Shown here: positions 56,424 through 64,000 of the stretch, in pieces | Layout of the letters: each line of letters begins with the position of its first letter | Numbering within the stretch: position 1 is the first letter of the stretch | Virus record (IMG/VR): IMGVR_UViG_3300032307_000587 | Strand: one strand, 5' to 3' | Length of the DNA: 64,000 bases | Origin: an uncultured virus (IMG/VR IMGVR_UViG_3300032307_000587) | Lineage: Duplodnaviria > Heunggongvirae > Uroviricota > Caudoviricetes | Notes under the pieces: generated by a model | Databases searched by the model: none | Seen by the model: only the letters and a program-made list of their open reading frames with translations | Told to the model about the DNA's origin: nothing | Program-made: the position numbers and the translations under genes

Positions 56424-56908
56424 TGTTAAAAAAGAAATATGTAATAGCGGGATTAATAGGTTTAGTGACCATTACGGGAGCAAGTTTATATTTGCAATAC
56501 CAAAAGTTAATGAACTACACTATTGGTCTTAGAAGGGTAAAAATAAACAAAATATCTTTGGCGGGTATTAACTTAGATTTGTTCTTGAATTTCACAAATA
56601 AAAGTAACTTAAAATTTACTATTGAAAGACAAAAGTATGATGTGTATGTAAACAATGTTTATTTGACCACATTACAGAACGATAAACCAAACGAAATTTT
56701 GCCAAATAGCGTAAGTGTTATAGGTATGAATATTGATATTGATAGAAAGGTCATTGCATCAAGATTAAAAGATGCTTTATTAACATTTGCGAATACCGAT
56801 AAGACTATGATTAAACTTGTTACAACAATGAAAGTTAAATACGGTTTTGTAAAAATATCATTCCCCCCATACACATACGAGAATACTTTAAAAAATATGA
56901 TGGCATAA
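56420..56908 (+). CDS. LEA_2/WHy-like membrane-anchored beta-sandwich protein
   Basis: N-terminal TM; L.F.N.S...F.I....YDVYVN. Confidence 0.6.
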   Translation: MMLKKKYVIAGLIGLVTITGASLYLQYQKLMNYTIGLRRVKINKISLAGINLDLFLNFTNKSNLKFTIERQKYDVYVNNVYLTTLQNDKPNEILPNSVSVIGMNIDIDRKVIASRLKDALLTFANTDKTMIKLVTTMKVKYGFVKISFPPYTYENTLKNMMA

Positions 56909-56930
56909 ATTATATTACAAAATTTAACAT

Positions 56931-56938
56931 TATATTTG
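56931..56938 (+). promoter_or_regulatory. -7 element (TATATTTG) for spike/lysis operon
   Basis: TAnnTTTG 21 nt before ATG 56959. Confidence 0.6.
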
Positions 56939-56958
56939 CATTAATAAAATAAATAAAT

Positions 56959-57192
56959 ATGTTCGGAGAATTATTAGGCAGTTTAGTAGATAAGGAGCAA
57001 ATCACACACGATACAATTCAAGAAACACTTGAAAATGTTGCAGAAGAATTAGGATGCTCATACAAGGATTTTTTCATTATGATAAAACCTACGGATGAAA
57101 CATTCACAATGAAATTCTACATTTACAAAACCGAAAATAATATTCCAAAATTCATTCGAGAAATAACCTTAAAAGAAATACTTAGAACATAA
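56959..57192 (+). CDS. Hypothetical protein
   Basis: 77-aa ORF after promoter. Confidence 0.6.
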   Translation: MFGELLGSLVDKEQITHDTIQETLENVAEELGCSYKDFFIMIKPTDETFTMKFYIYKTENNIPKFIREITLKEILRT

Positions 57193-58487
57193 TGTCATTA
57201 CCAAATCCAATAAACGTCACTTATGTATCGCCCCAATCAGGCGATACTTTTCCATTTATATACATCGTTAAAGATACTGATAATATTATCAATATTGATA
57301 CTACGCATGGTGCAGTTCATGTAATTTTAAGAAATATCAGAAATAGTGGTATGTTGCAATACCAACCTTTGTTGTCAATCAATGATGGGGGTAACAATGC
57401 ATCAGTAAATAACATAACAATCTATCCAAGCGAAGGGGATATTATCAATGATTCAGATTTTTATATTTTGAATGATAATGGAGCAAATTCTATAATTCAA
57501 TTATCAAATATCAATCAATGGGTTGTATCGTCTTCACAATCGGGTGGTGCGCCTCCGATTCCATTTGGGGGTACTAATTATATTTACGTTTACGCAAATG
57601 GTACAGACACAGAAAATGCAACAGAATTGCAAAACGCTTATAATTTAGCAAAAACAATGTCGCCATCCGCAACAAATAGGATAACAATTGTTTGTGGATT
57701 AGGGTATTATAATTTCGGGATATCAGTATTTACATTAGATACTCAATATATTGATGTAGTTCCATTAGATGGGAATAGAAGCATAATTTTCAACGCAACA
57801 GAATCAAAGCCCGTAACGGCAAATGGAACAATTAAAATTAACGCAAACAATGTTTTTGTTAAAGGCATTAACGTAGGAGGTAAGCCATTTCAAGTTAGCG
57901 GGAATAACTTAAATTCAATAGTCGTTGAAAATTGCAAAGGAGGGAATTATTCTTTTAACGATAGCGAATTATCGGGGTATGAAATGTCAGGAACTTTTAT
58001 TAATTGTGAAGGAGGTTCATATTCTTTTGGTGGGTCTATATCTCTAATGACAAATCCTATTGTAAGTGGAAGATTCATTGATTGCATATCGGGAGAAAAG
58101 TCATTCGGTGGGGGCGATGGGTTAGGAACTGCGAGTGGTTTTTTTAAAAATTGCCAATCAATCGGAGATTCTTCATTTGGGTACATAGCATCAGGTAATT
58201 TTTCAAATTGTACGTCATCAAATTATAGTTTTGCTTATAGCGGAACGGCATCAGGAGTCTTTAATAATTGCGAAGCAAATGTTTTATCATTTGGCGCAAA
58301 TGGTTCAGTTTTAGGAACTTTTAATAATTGTATTGGAGGTGCAGATTCATGGGTTTCTCTTAATATGACTGCAAAAATATGGTTTTCAAGGCATAGCGGT
58401 GGCAATAGTGCCCCTTCTCCAAGTTTAGGAGGTAATATTGTTGCATTTATTACGGCTAATAATAATTTTATAGCACAAAATCCTTAA
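57192..58487 (+). CDS. Second spike/fibre protein, paralog of 51270..52922
   Basis: NNASVNNITI; GTN...VY.NGT.T.NAT.LQ.AY..AKT; SG.F.NC repeats. Confidence 0.65.
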   Translation: MSLPNPINVTYVSPQSGDTFPFIYIVKDTDNIINIDTTHGAVHVILRNIRNSGMLQYQPLLSINDGGNNASVNNITIYPSEGDIINDSDFYILNDNGANSIIQLSNINQWVVSSSQSGGAPPIPFGGTNYIYVYANGTDTENATELQNAYNLAKTMSPSATNRITIVCGLGYYNFGISVFTLDTQYIDVVPLDGNRSIIFNATESKPVTANGTIKINANNVFVKGINVGGKPFQVSGNNLNSIVVENCKGGNYSFNDSELSGYEMSGTFINCEGGSYSFGGSISLMTNPIVSGRFIDCISGEKSFGGGDGLGTASGFFKNCQSIGDSSFGYIASGNFSNCTSSNYSFAYSGTASGVFNNCEANVLSFGANGSVLGTFNNCIGGADSWVSLNMTAKIWFSRHSGGNSAPSPSLGGNIVAFITANNNFIAQNP

Positions 58488-59215
58488 TGAGTAAATCAAT
58501 CTTTATAGCGACACCTATGTATGGCGGAATGTGTTCAGGCATATACGCTGAAAGTTTGGCTAAATCTATAAAAGGATTGATTGACTTAGGCTACAATATA
58601 AATTATTGCCCGTTACATAACGAAAGTTTAATTACAAGGGCGAGAAATATACTAACAGAGGTGTTTTTAAAAACAAATAGTGATTATCTTTTATTTATAG
58701 ATTCAGACCAATCATTCGAGTATCAAGATATTCATAAAATGATATGTGAAGATAAAGAAATTTTGGGAGCATTAGTTCCTATGAAAAAAATAAATTGGGA
58801 AGCAATTGAAATGGCATCAAAGTTTCAAGAAAATAACTTAGAAGATTTTAGTGGTGTATTCAATTTTAACCCATTGATGTCAACTAATGGTGTTACCCCT
58901 GATTTGAGTAAAGCGTTTGAAGTGGAATACATAGGAACGGGTATGATGTTGATTAAAAAAGAAGTTTTTTATAAGTTAAAAACGATTGTACCAAAATATA
59001 AACACAATTCGGGATTAGTGTATGGAATTAACGATGGCGATATAGTGCATGAATACTTTTCAACATCTATTGATTCTAATTCAAATCTTTTGTCAGAGGA
59101 TTATCATTTTTGTTCAATTGCAAAAACACAAAACTACAAAATTCATGCAGTATCGTATCCTAAAATATATCATGCGGGAACATACTTTTTTAAAGGCAAA
59201 TTAAATAATCAATAA
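58487..59215 (+). CDS. GT-A fold glycosyltransferase-like protein
   Basis: IATPMYGG, NESLITRARN, LLFIDSD, GTGMMLIK, LSEDY.FC. Confidence 0.75.
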   Translation: MSKSIFIATPMYGGMCSGIYAESLAKSIKGLIDLGYNINYCPLHNESLITRARNILTEVFLKTNSDYLLFIDSDQSFEYQDIHKMICEDKEILGALVPMKKINWEAIEMASKFQENNLEDFSGVFNFNPLMSTNGVTPDLSKAFEVEYIGTGMMLIKKEVFYKLKTIVPKYKHNSGLVYGINDGDIVHEYFSTSIDSNSNLLSEDYHFCSIAKTQNYKIHAVSYPKIYHAGTYFFKGKLNNQ

Positions 59216-59222
59216 ATAGAAT

Positions 59223-59552
59223 ATGGAAAACTTTCAATCAACAATAGAAGGAAAATGGGTTAAAATAAATAGTGTAGAAATAACTGAAATTGAACAAGAG
59301 TTATTAAAGTCTACAAAAGAAGAAGATAAGGTCGCAAAATTAGAGGTAATAGAGGCGATTAAAACAAAAAGATTCACAAACTTAACTGCAACAAAAAGCA
59401 AAGAGTTTGTAACTTTATATAATATCGTTAAACCCGTTTTAAAAGAAACGGATGAATATCAATTAATAGCAATTGATGTTTGCAAAACTGATAGACTTTC
59501 GGGCATATTAAATTGCCGTATTAACGGGGAACACAAACAAATAAGATTTTAA
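59223..59552 (+). CDS. Hypothetical protein
   Basis: 109-aa ORF. Confidence 0.55.
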   Translation: MENFQSTIEGKWVKINSVEITEIEQELLKSTKEEDKVAKLEVIEAIKTKRFTNLTATKSKEFVTLYNIVKPVLKETDEYQLIAIDVCKTDRLSGILNCRINGEHKQIRF

Positions 59553-59554
59553 TT

Positions 59555-59830
59555 ATGACAATAGCAAACGTAGTATCAAAGTCGTGGACTTACACATTAG
59601 TATCGGATAGCATTATTGTTGATTCGGTTTTCGGATTTACAATCATATCTATACTTTGTACGTCAGGAACGACAACAGTTTTAGGAGGTACGGCTGCAAA
59701 TGGACTTGCATCAACGCCAATTACATTATCGGAAGGGCAAAGTTTAACCATTAATAGCGGTTCTGCAAGTCTTATTTCGGGAATAACAATAGATGCCTCT
59801 TCGGGCGCAGCAAATATAATCGCAAGGTAA
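59555..59830 (+). CDS. Small all-beta structural protein candidate (vertex/adaptor)
   Basis: 91 aa, Ser/Thr/Gly-rich beta pattern, precedes receptor-binding cassettes. Confidence 0.4.
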   Translation: MTIANVVSKSWTYTLVSDSIIVDSVFGFTIISILCTSGTTTVLGGTAANGLASTPITLSEGQSLTINSGSASLISGITIDASSGAANIIAR

Positions 59831-59831
59831 T

Positions 59832-60743
59832 ATGGATTTGGATTTTGGGTTTGGTAGTAGTGGTGGGGGTAGCTACAACTTAGGGTTAGTTGATAGGTAT
59901 GGAAATACATTACCTACAAAAACCGTTGACAATGATATAACTTGGGATTTAAGGACTTTAACGCCTTACGATTGGGCGGACATTTTTTTAAGTAGGGAAG
60001 CATCGTGGGGTGGTGCAACTATTGAAAACGCTTTAATTGATTTATGCGTAGATTTAAAATCTTGGGGCAGTACCAATAAATTATCTGTTTATTACCCTAA
60101 TATTGGAGGGACTGCAAATAATCATCGTTGGAATTTATTATATCCATTTAACACTAACAATGGTTATCGTCAAGTATTTTCAGGATTTACACACACAAAT
60201 AAAGGTGTAGTTTGTACGGGTAATGGATGTAATATATTTTATCATCCAAATCAAGTTAAAACACAAATAAGTGCGGGTTCGGGATATGGGTTTTATCAAA
60301 CTACTGAATTTATTAATCCATTATCAGTAGCAACAAGAAATTTTTTGTCGGAAAACGCATCATCAGGTCGTTGGAGTTATTTTGCTATAAGACCTTCTGA
60401 TGGTAGAGTTACTTACGCTTGTCAAGGCTCTACTTTGACATATACGCCACCATCTGTTCCTTTAACTCAAATTGGTAGCAAATTGGTTACTCGTGTAGGT
60501 AGTTCTATTTTTTATTATGTTAATGGTATTTTAAATAATTCAGGAGCATCACTTTATGTTGAAACTTCGGGTGCGCAAATATTTTCTAACGGATATTATA
60601 TTTATGGGACTAACGCATTTTTAAGCGATAATTATGACGCAAGTATTGGGTCTGTTTATTTTTTTATAGATAGTTTAAATAGTACAGAAATTTCTGAATT
60701 TAACACAATAGTACAAACTTTTGAAAATATAGTAAGAATTTAA
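59832..60743 (+). CDS. Receptor-binding protein candidate (lectin/LamG-like beta-sandwich)
   Basis: MDLDFGFGSS leader; YP.IGGTA..H.WNL; LNSTEI..F..IVQTF. Confidence 0.5.
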   Translation: MDLDFGFGSSGGGSYNLGLVDRYGNTLPTKTVDNDITWDLRTLTPYDWADIFLSREASWGGATIENALIDLCVDLKSWGSTNKLSVYYPNIGGTANNHRWNLLYPFNTNNGYRQVFSGFTHTNKGVVCTGNGCNIFYHPNQVKTQISAGSGYGFYQTTEFINPLSVATRNFLSENASSGRWSYFAIRPSDGRVTYACQGSTLTYTPPSVPLTQIGSKLVTRVGSSIFYYVNGILNNSGASLYVETSGAQIFSNGYYIYGTNAFLSDNYDASIGSVYFFIDSLNSTEISEFNTIVQTFENIVRI

Positions 60744-60747
60744 AAAT

Positions 60748-61146
60748 ATGGAATATATCGTAACAATAACAGAAATACCAACAATAGTTAATAGCCCTTA
60801 CATTTTATTATCAATCCCAATTTTATCGGGAGATAATATAGGTAAATTTGCGTATGATTTATCAAGTTTACAAACATTTCCCGAAGTGTTTAAAGGTGTT
60901 TCTTATGAAATATTGAATTTGATAGATAGAGATTTTGTAAATACCTACCCCGCACAACCCGAAATAGACCAATACAGATTAATTGATGTAACGGATTTGT
61001 ATAATGAAACAATTAACATAAATTTGTTTGATAACTTGACATTGCAAACATCTGTAATAAACAGACCATATATTAATGGAACGTGGACTGATGCAGATGT
61101 AGTTTTTTATGTTAATCAACTTAACGAAGAGGAAAAAATAAAATAA
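60748..61146 (+). CDS. Accessory/chaperone protein, paralog of 62028..62411
   Basis: RDF..TY...RLI.V.DLY.ETI.IN.F...PYINGTWTD.DV.FY.NQ. Confidence 0.6.
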   Translation: MEYIVTITEIPTIVNSPYILLSIPILSGDNIGKFAYDLSSLQTFPEVFKGVSYEILNLIDRDFVNTYPAQPEIDQYRLIDVTDLYNETININLFDNLTLQTSVINRPYINGTWTDADVVFYVNQLNEEEKIK

Positions 61147-61147
61147 A

Positions 61148-62026
61148 ATGGGATTTGGATTTAAAAATAACGCACAAAGTTTTGGGATTTCCCAATTGAT
61201 TCCATCGGGGTTAGACGTGGATGCCGCAAACTATATAAGTGTAGCGGGTTTTACGAATCCAACATTAATCACATTGATAAACAATTTTTATATACAACTT
61301 AAAACAACGGGATTATATAGTAGATTCACTCACATGAAATTAAATCTTACTGATAGTACAACGAATGCTACAAGTTTGTTTCAATGTAGTATTAATGGGA
61401 TTAACCCATTGGTAGGTCAAACGGTTTATACGAACAATCCAACGGCTAATTATAGTGGGGTTACTTACAACGGAACAAATCAAAGTGCAAGACTAAGTTA
61501 TAATCCCGCTTTGGATATTAAATTAGGGGAACAAAATACGACATTAATTGCTTATGCTTATTCAAGCGAAGTTGCATACTTATCATGGGCGCAAAGAAGT
61601 GTTGGAAGTGGTGGAAGCGCAACTAATCTTGGTGTTACTTCGGTAAACAATGGAGTGACACAAAATTTTATTAATGATGCTGCGACTATTATCACTTTTA
61701 GTGGACTTAATACAACTTCGGGATTTATTGGAGCAAGTAGAGATGATGTGTTCAACGAAAAATATCACTTTAAAAATGGTGTTGCTATTACAGAAGTAGG
61801 TATAGGAACTAACGGAAGGTGTAGTATTGATGTTGTAGAGGGTGGTAGAACATTAGATAACGTAACGATTGCCAATTATTATAGCATGAGGGCGCAATTT
61901 GTGGCTTTTGGACAAGGTTTTTCTGTTGCCGAAATGTCGGTAATAGAGCCTATAATAAATAGTTTTCAAGGCAAGATAGATACATTATTTGGATTAACGG
62001 GAACAAACGCAAGAAAAACATATTAA
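61148..62026 (+). CDS. Second receptor-binding protein candidate
   Basis: MGFGF leader; D.DA.NYI..AG, L...LK..GL, FIGASR, FKNG, G.S..E....I..FQ. Confidence 0.5.
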   Translation: MGFGFKNNAQSFGISQLIPSGLDVDAANYISVAGFTNPTLITLINNFYIQLKTTGLYSRFTHMKLNLTDSTTNATSLFQCSINGINPLVGQTVYTNNPTANYSGVTYNGTNQSARLSYNPALDIKLGEQNTTLIAYAYSSEVAYLSWAQRSVGSGGSATNLGVTSVNNGVTQNFINDAATIITFSGLNTTSGFIGASRDDVFNEKYHFKNGVAITEVGIGTNGRCSIDVVEGGRTLDNVTIANYYSMRAQFVAFGQGFSVAEMSVIEPIINSFQGKIDTLFGLTGTNARKTY

Positions 62027-62027
62027 C

Positions 62028-62411
62028 ATGGAATTTTATATAATAAGCGAAGCAATAAAAGATGAATATCAAGGTTTTCAAAAACAAAACTTTGTTATAA
62101 ATTTTAGTGAAACCAATCAAGGTTTATGGGTAATAAATAAAGGGTGTGGCGAAGATATTTTTACGGAATTAGATTGGGATAGCTTTGAAACAATCGAATT
62201 GACAAATAGAGATTTCATCCCAACCTATAATAACCATCCATTAATAAATGGTTTTAGGCTTATAAGTGTTTTAGACTTGTATGATGAAACGATTGATATA
62301 AATATCTTTAATATTGATTCATACGAAACAACAACTATGAATAAGCCTTATATTAATGGTACATGGACAGACGAGGATGTTGAATTTTACATTAATCAAA
62401 TTGTGAAATAA
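62028..62411 (+). CDS. Accessory/chaperone protein, paralog of 60748..61146
   Basis: Shared C-terminal about 65-aa domain. Confidence 0.6.
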   Translation: MEFYIISEAIKDEYQGFQKQNFVINFSETNQGLWVINKGCGEDIFTELDWDSFETIELTNRDFIPTYNNHPLINGFRLISVLDLYDETIDINIFNIDSYETTTMNKPYINGTWTDEDVEFYINQIVK

Positions 62412-62416
62412 TTAAT

Positions 62417-62983
62417 ATGGATTTGGATTTTGGATTTGGAAGTAGCGCAATGACAATGACAATACCAACAATAAGTTATGGATTATATGCTCAAACGCAA
62501 TTAAGCGTACCCGTTGTTAATACAACGGTGGAAACTACTATTATTGGAAGTGGTAATGGCACATTGAGTGTACCCGCAAACACATTCAAAGTAGGAGATA
62601 GTTTTATTGCAAAAATGTGTGGTTTAATGAGTTGTTTAAACAATTCAAACTTAACCATAAACATAACTGCAAATGGTATTAATATTGTATCTATCCCTTT
62701 ACTGAATTTAGATACTGCAACAAATAAAATATGGGATTTGGTTATAGATTTTACTATTGCACAAATAGGTGGAGTTGGTGTTGCTGATATGCACGTTAAT
62801 GGCACATTTAGTTACACTAAGCAATCAAACAATCAATTTATTGCAAAGAATTTTTTAATTTCAAACCTACCCGCTTTTGATACAACAATATTAAACACAT
62901 TGGATATAAAAGCAACTTGGGGCGTAGCATCTACAAGCAATTCAATACAATCTCAAAATTTTAACTTAACAAAGATTTTTTAA
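62417..62983 (+). CDS. Third MDLDFGFGSS-leader beta-rich structural protein
   Basis: Identical N-terminal 10 aa to 59832; GLYAQT...ET.IIG.G.GTLSVPAN.F.VGDSF. Confidence 0.55.
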   Translation: MDLDFGFGSSAMTMTIPTISYGLYAQTQLSVPVVNTTVETTIIGSGNGTLSVPANTFKVGDSFIAKMCGLMSCLNNSNLTINITANGINIVSIPLLNLDTATNKIWDLVIDFTIAQIGGVGVADMHVNGTFSYTKQSNNQFIAKNFLISNLPAFDTTILNTLDIKATWGVASTSNSIQSQNFNLTKIF

Positions 62984-62995
62984 TATAATAGACAC

Positions 62996-63328
62996 ATGAC
63001 AAACGAATCAGTAATTTTAGAAAAGCACCTTAAAAAAACAACTATCATAACAAACGTATTCTCAATGTTAGTTGCGGGATTAACAACATTAGCCGTTGTT
63101 AATTCATTTTACTACAATACCAAAAATACTTTGTCCGAACATACGGAACAAATTACAGAAGTAAAAAAGGATGTTAAAAGCATTAAAGAGAATATCAAAG
63201 ATGCACAAATATTTCAGGGCGTAAGTAATGCCGAAGTAACTGCGTTAAAAGAGAAAGTAACATCACTTGATGAAAAAGTAGATAAGATGAATGATAAGTT
63301 GGATAGAATTTTAATGCAAACAAAATAA
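62996..63328 (+). CDS. Single-TM coiled-coil protein (holin-like)
   Basis: TM then heptads ending KVDKMNDKLDRIL; directly before a cell-wall hydrolase-like gene. Confidence 0.45.
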   Translation: MTNESVILEKHLKKTTIITNVFSMLVAGLTTLAVVNSFYYNTKNTLSEHTEQITEVKKDVKSIKENIKDAQIFQGVSNAEVTALKEKVTSLDEKVDKMNDKLDRILMQTK

Positions 63329-63329
63329 T

Positions 63330-64000
63330 TTGAACGGAATAAAAAACATATCAGAAAGAGATAAGTGGTTGCTCGTTACAATAACGGGGGCTATTTTTAT
63401 TGCTATAACGTACATTAATAGAAAAACTATTGTAGAGGGTGTGAAAGCAATTAGTGATTATGTTTCAAATTTGCAAAATTACGCATTGCAAGAGTTTAAG
63501 GCTTGGGGCAATGGTACAAAAAAAGAAAACGACAAGTCTATGCAAGATACTATTGCAAAATATTGGAAAGAGGGTGCGGGTATAAAAAATTGGAGTACAC
63601 AAAGGATGCAAGATGAGGCATGGTCGTCAGCATTTATTTCTTATATCGTTAAAAAGTCAGGCGGTGGCAAAGATTTTAAATATTCTCCATCTCATTCGAC
63701 ATACATTAATGATTCAATTAAAAATAGATTACAGAACAATTCAAATCCATTCAAAGGATATAGACCCGAAGAGGTTAAATTGGAGATTGGAGATATAGTG
63801 GGTAAGCCAAGACAAAGCGGTGTAACATACAATTCGAGAGGTGCATATAAATCGCATACTGACATTGTTGTTGCTATTAAAGATGGTTTTGCAGAAACGG
63901 TTGGTGGTAACGTAGGTAATTCTGTATCTATGACAAAAGTTCCGCTAACAAGTGATGGTAAAATAGACAATTCAAAAGTAAGCGGATATAAATATTTCGT
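63330..64000 (+). CDS. DUF2272/CHAP-like cell-wall hydrolase with N-terminal TM (runs off the window; not in ORF track)
   Basis: TTG start; YW, AWSSAFISY, S.SHS.YI, GDIV..R, SH.DIVV, VGGNV.NSV. Confidence 0.7.
   Translation, partial: MNGIKNISERDKWLLVTITGAIFIAITYINRKTIVEGVKAISDYVSNLQNYALQEFKAWGNGTKKENDKSMQDTIAKYWKEGAGIKNWSTQRMQDEAWSSAFISYIVKKSGGGKDFKYSPSHSTYINDSIKNRLQNNSNPFKGYRPEEVKLEIGDIVGKPRQSGVTYNSRGAYKSHTDIVVAIKDGFAETVGGNVGNSVSMTKVPLTSDGKIDNSKVSGYKYF

Noticed and set aside
59832..62983. Diversity-generating retroelement or invertase shufflon at the receptor-binding genes
   Set aside because: No reverse transcriptase, template/variable repeat pair, recombinase or inverted cassettes seen

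Overview
AT-rich, gene-dense segment of a dsDNA bacteriophage genome, almost entirely on the + strand. The host is probably Bacteroidota: TAnnTTTG promoter elements precede most operons and starts lack Shine-Dalgarno motifs. Four modules are visible. (1) 0.3-17.7 kb, early/replication/recombination: a tiny PolB-like palm protein, DUF932-like protein, DnaB, DNA methyltransferase, RecE/RecT, RusA, a Tad1-like immune-signal sponge and a structured ncRNA candidate. (2) 17.8-33.4 kb, large polyvalent proteins: a GG-punctuated 1020-aa protein with an ART-like domain, a Strawberry-notch-like SF2 ATPase, a MoxR AAA+ with vWA-like partner, an LPD23-like zincin and a (GE)45 protein. (3) 34-42.6 kb: tRNA-Met(CAT), an A32/P9-type FtsK-HerA packaging ATPase and glycosyl-/methyltransferases. 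(4) 42.8-64 kb, morphogenesis: two paralogous beta-rich capsid candidates, about 20 small membrane proteins, an HEXXH peptidase, spike/receptor-binding cassettes and membrane-anchored muralytic enzymes. I recognise no terminase, portal, HK97 capsid or tail gene. The best reading is a large (>64 kb) tailless, internal-membrane, jelly-roll-type phage whose virion proteins carry two recurring short peptide motifs ([S/Y/F]-[N/S]-[A/F/M]-[D/E/S]-G and hydrophobic-x-x-GG), possibly maturation or targeting signals. All family calls come from motif recognition by eye and memory, not database searches.
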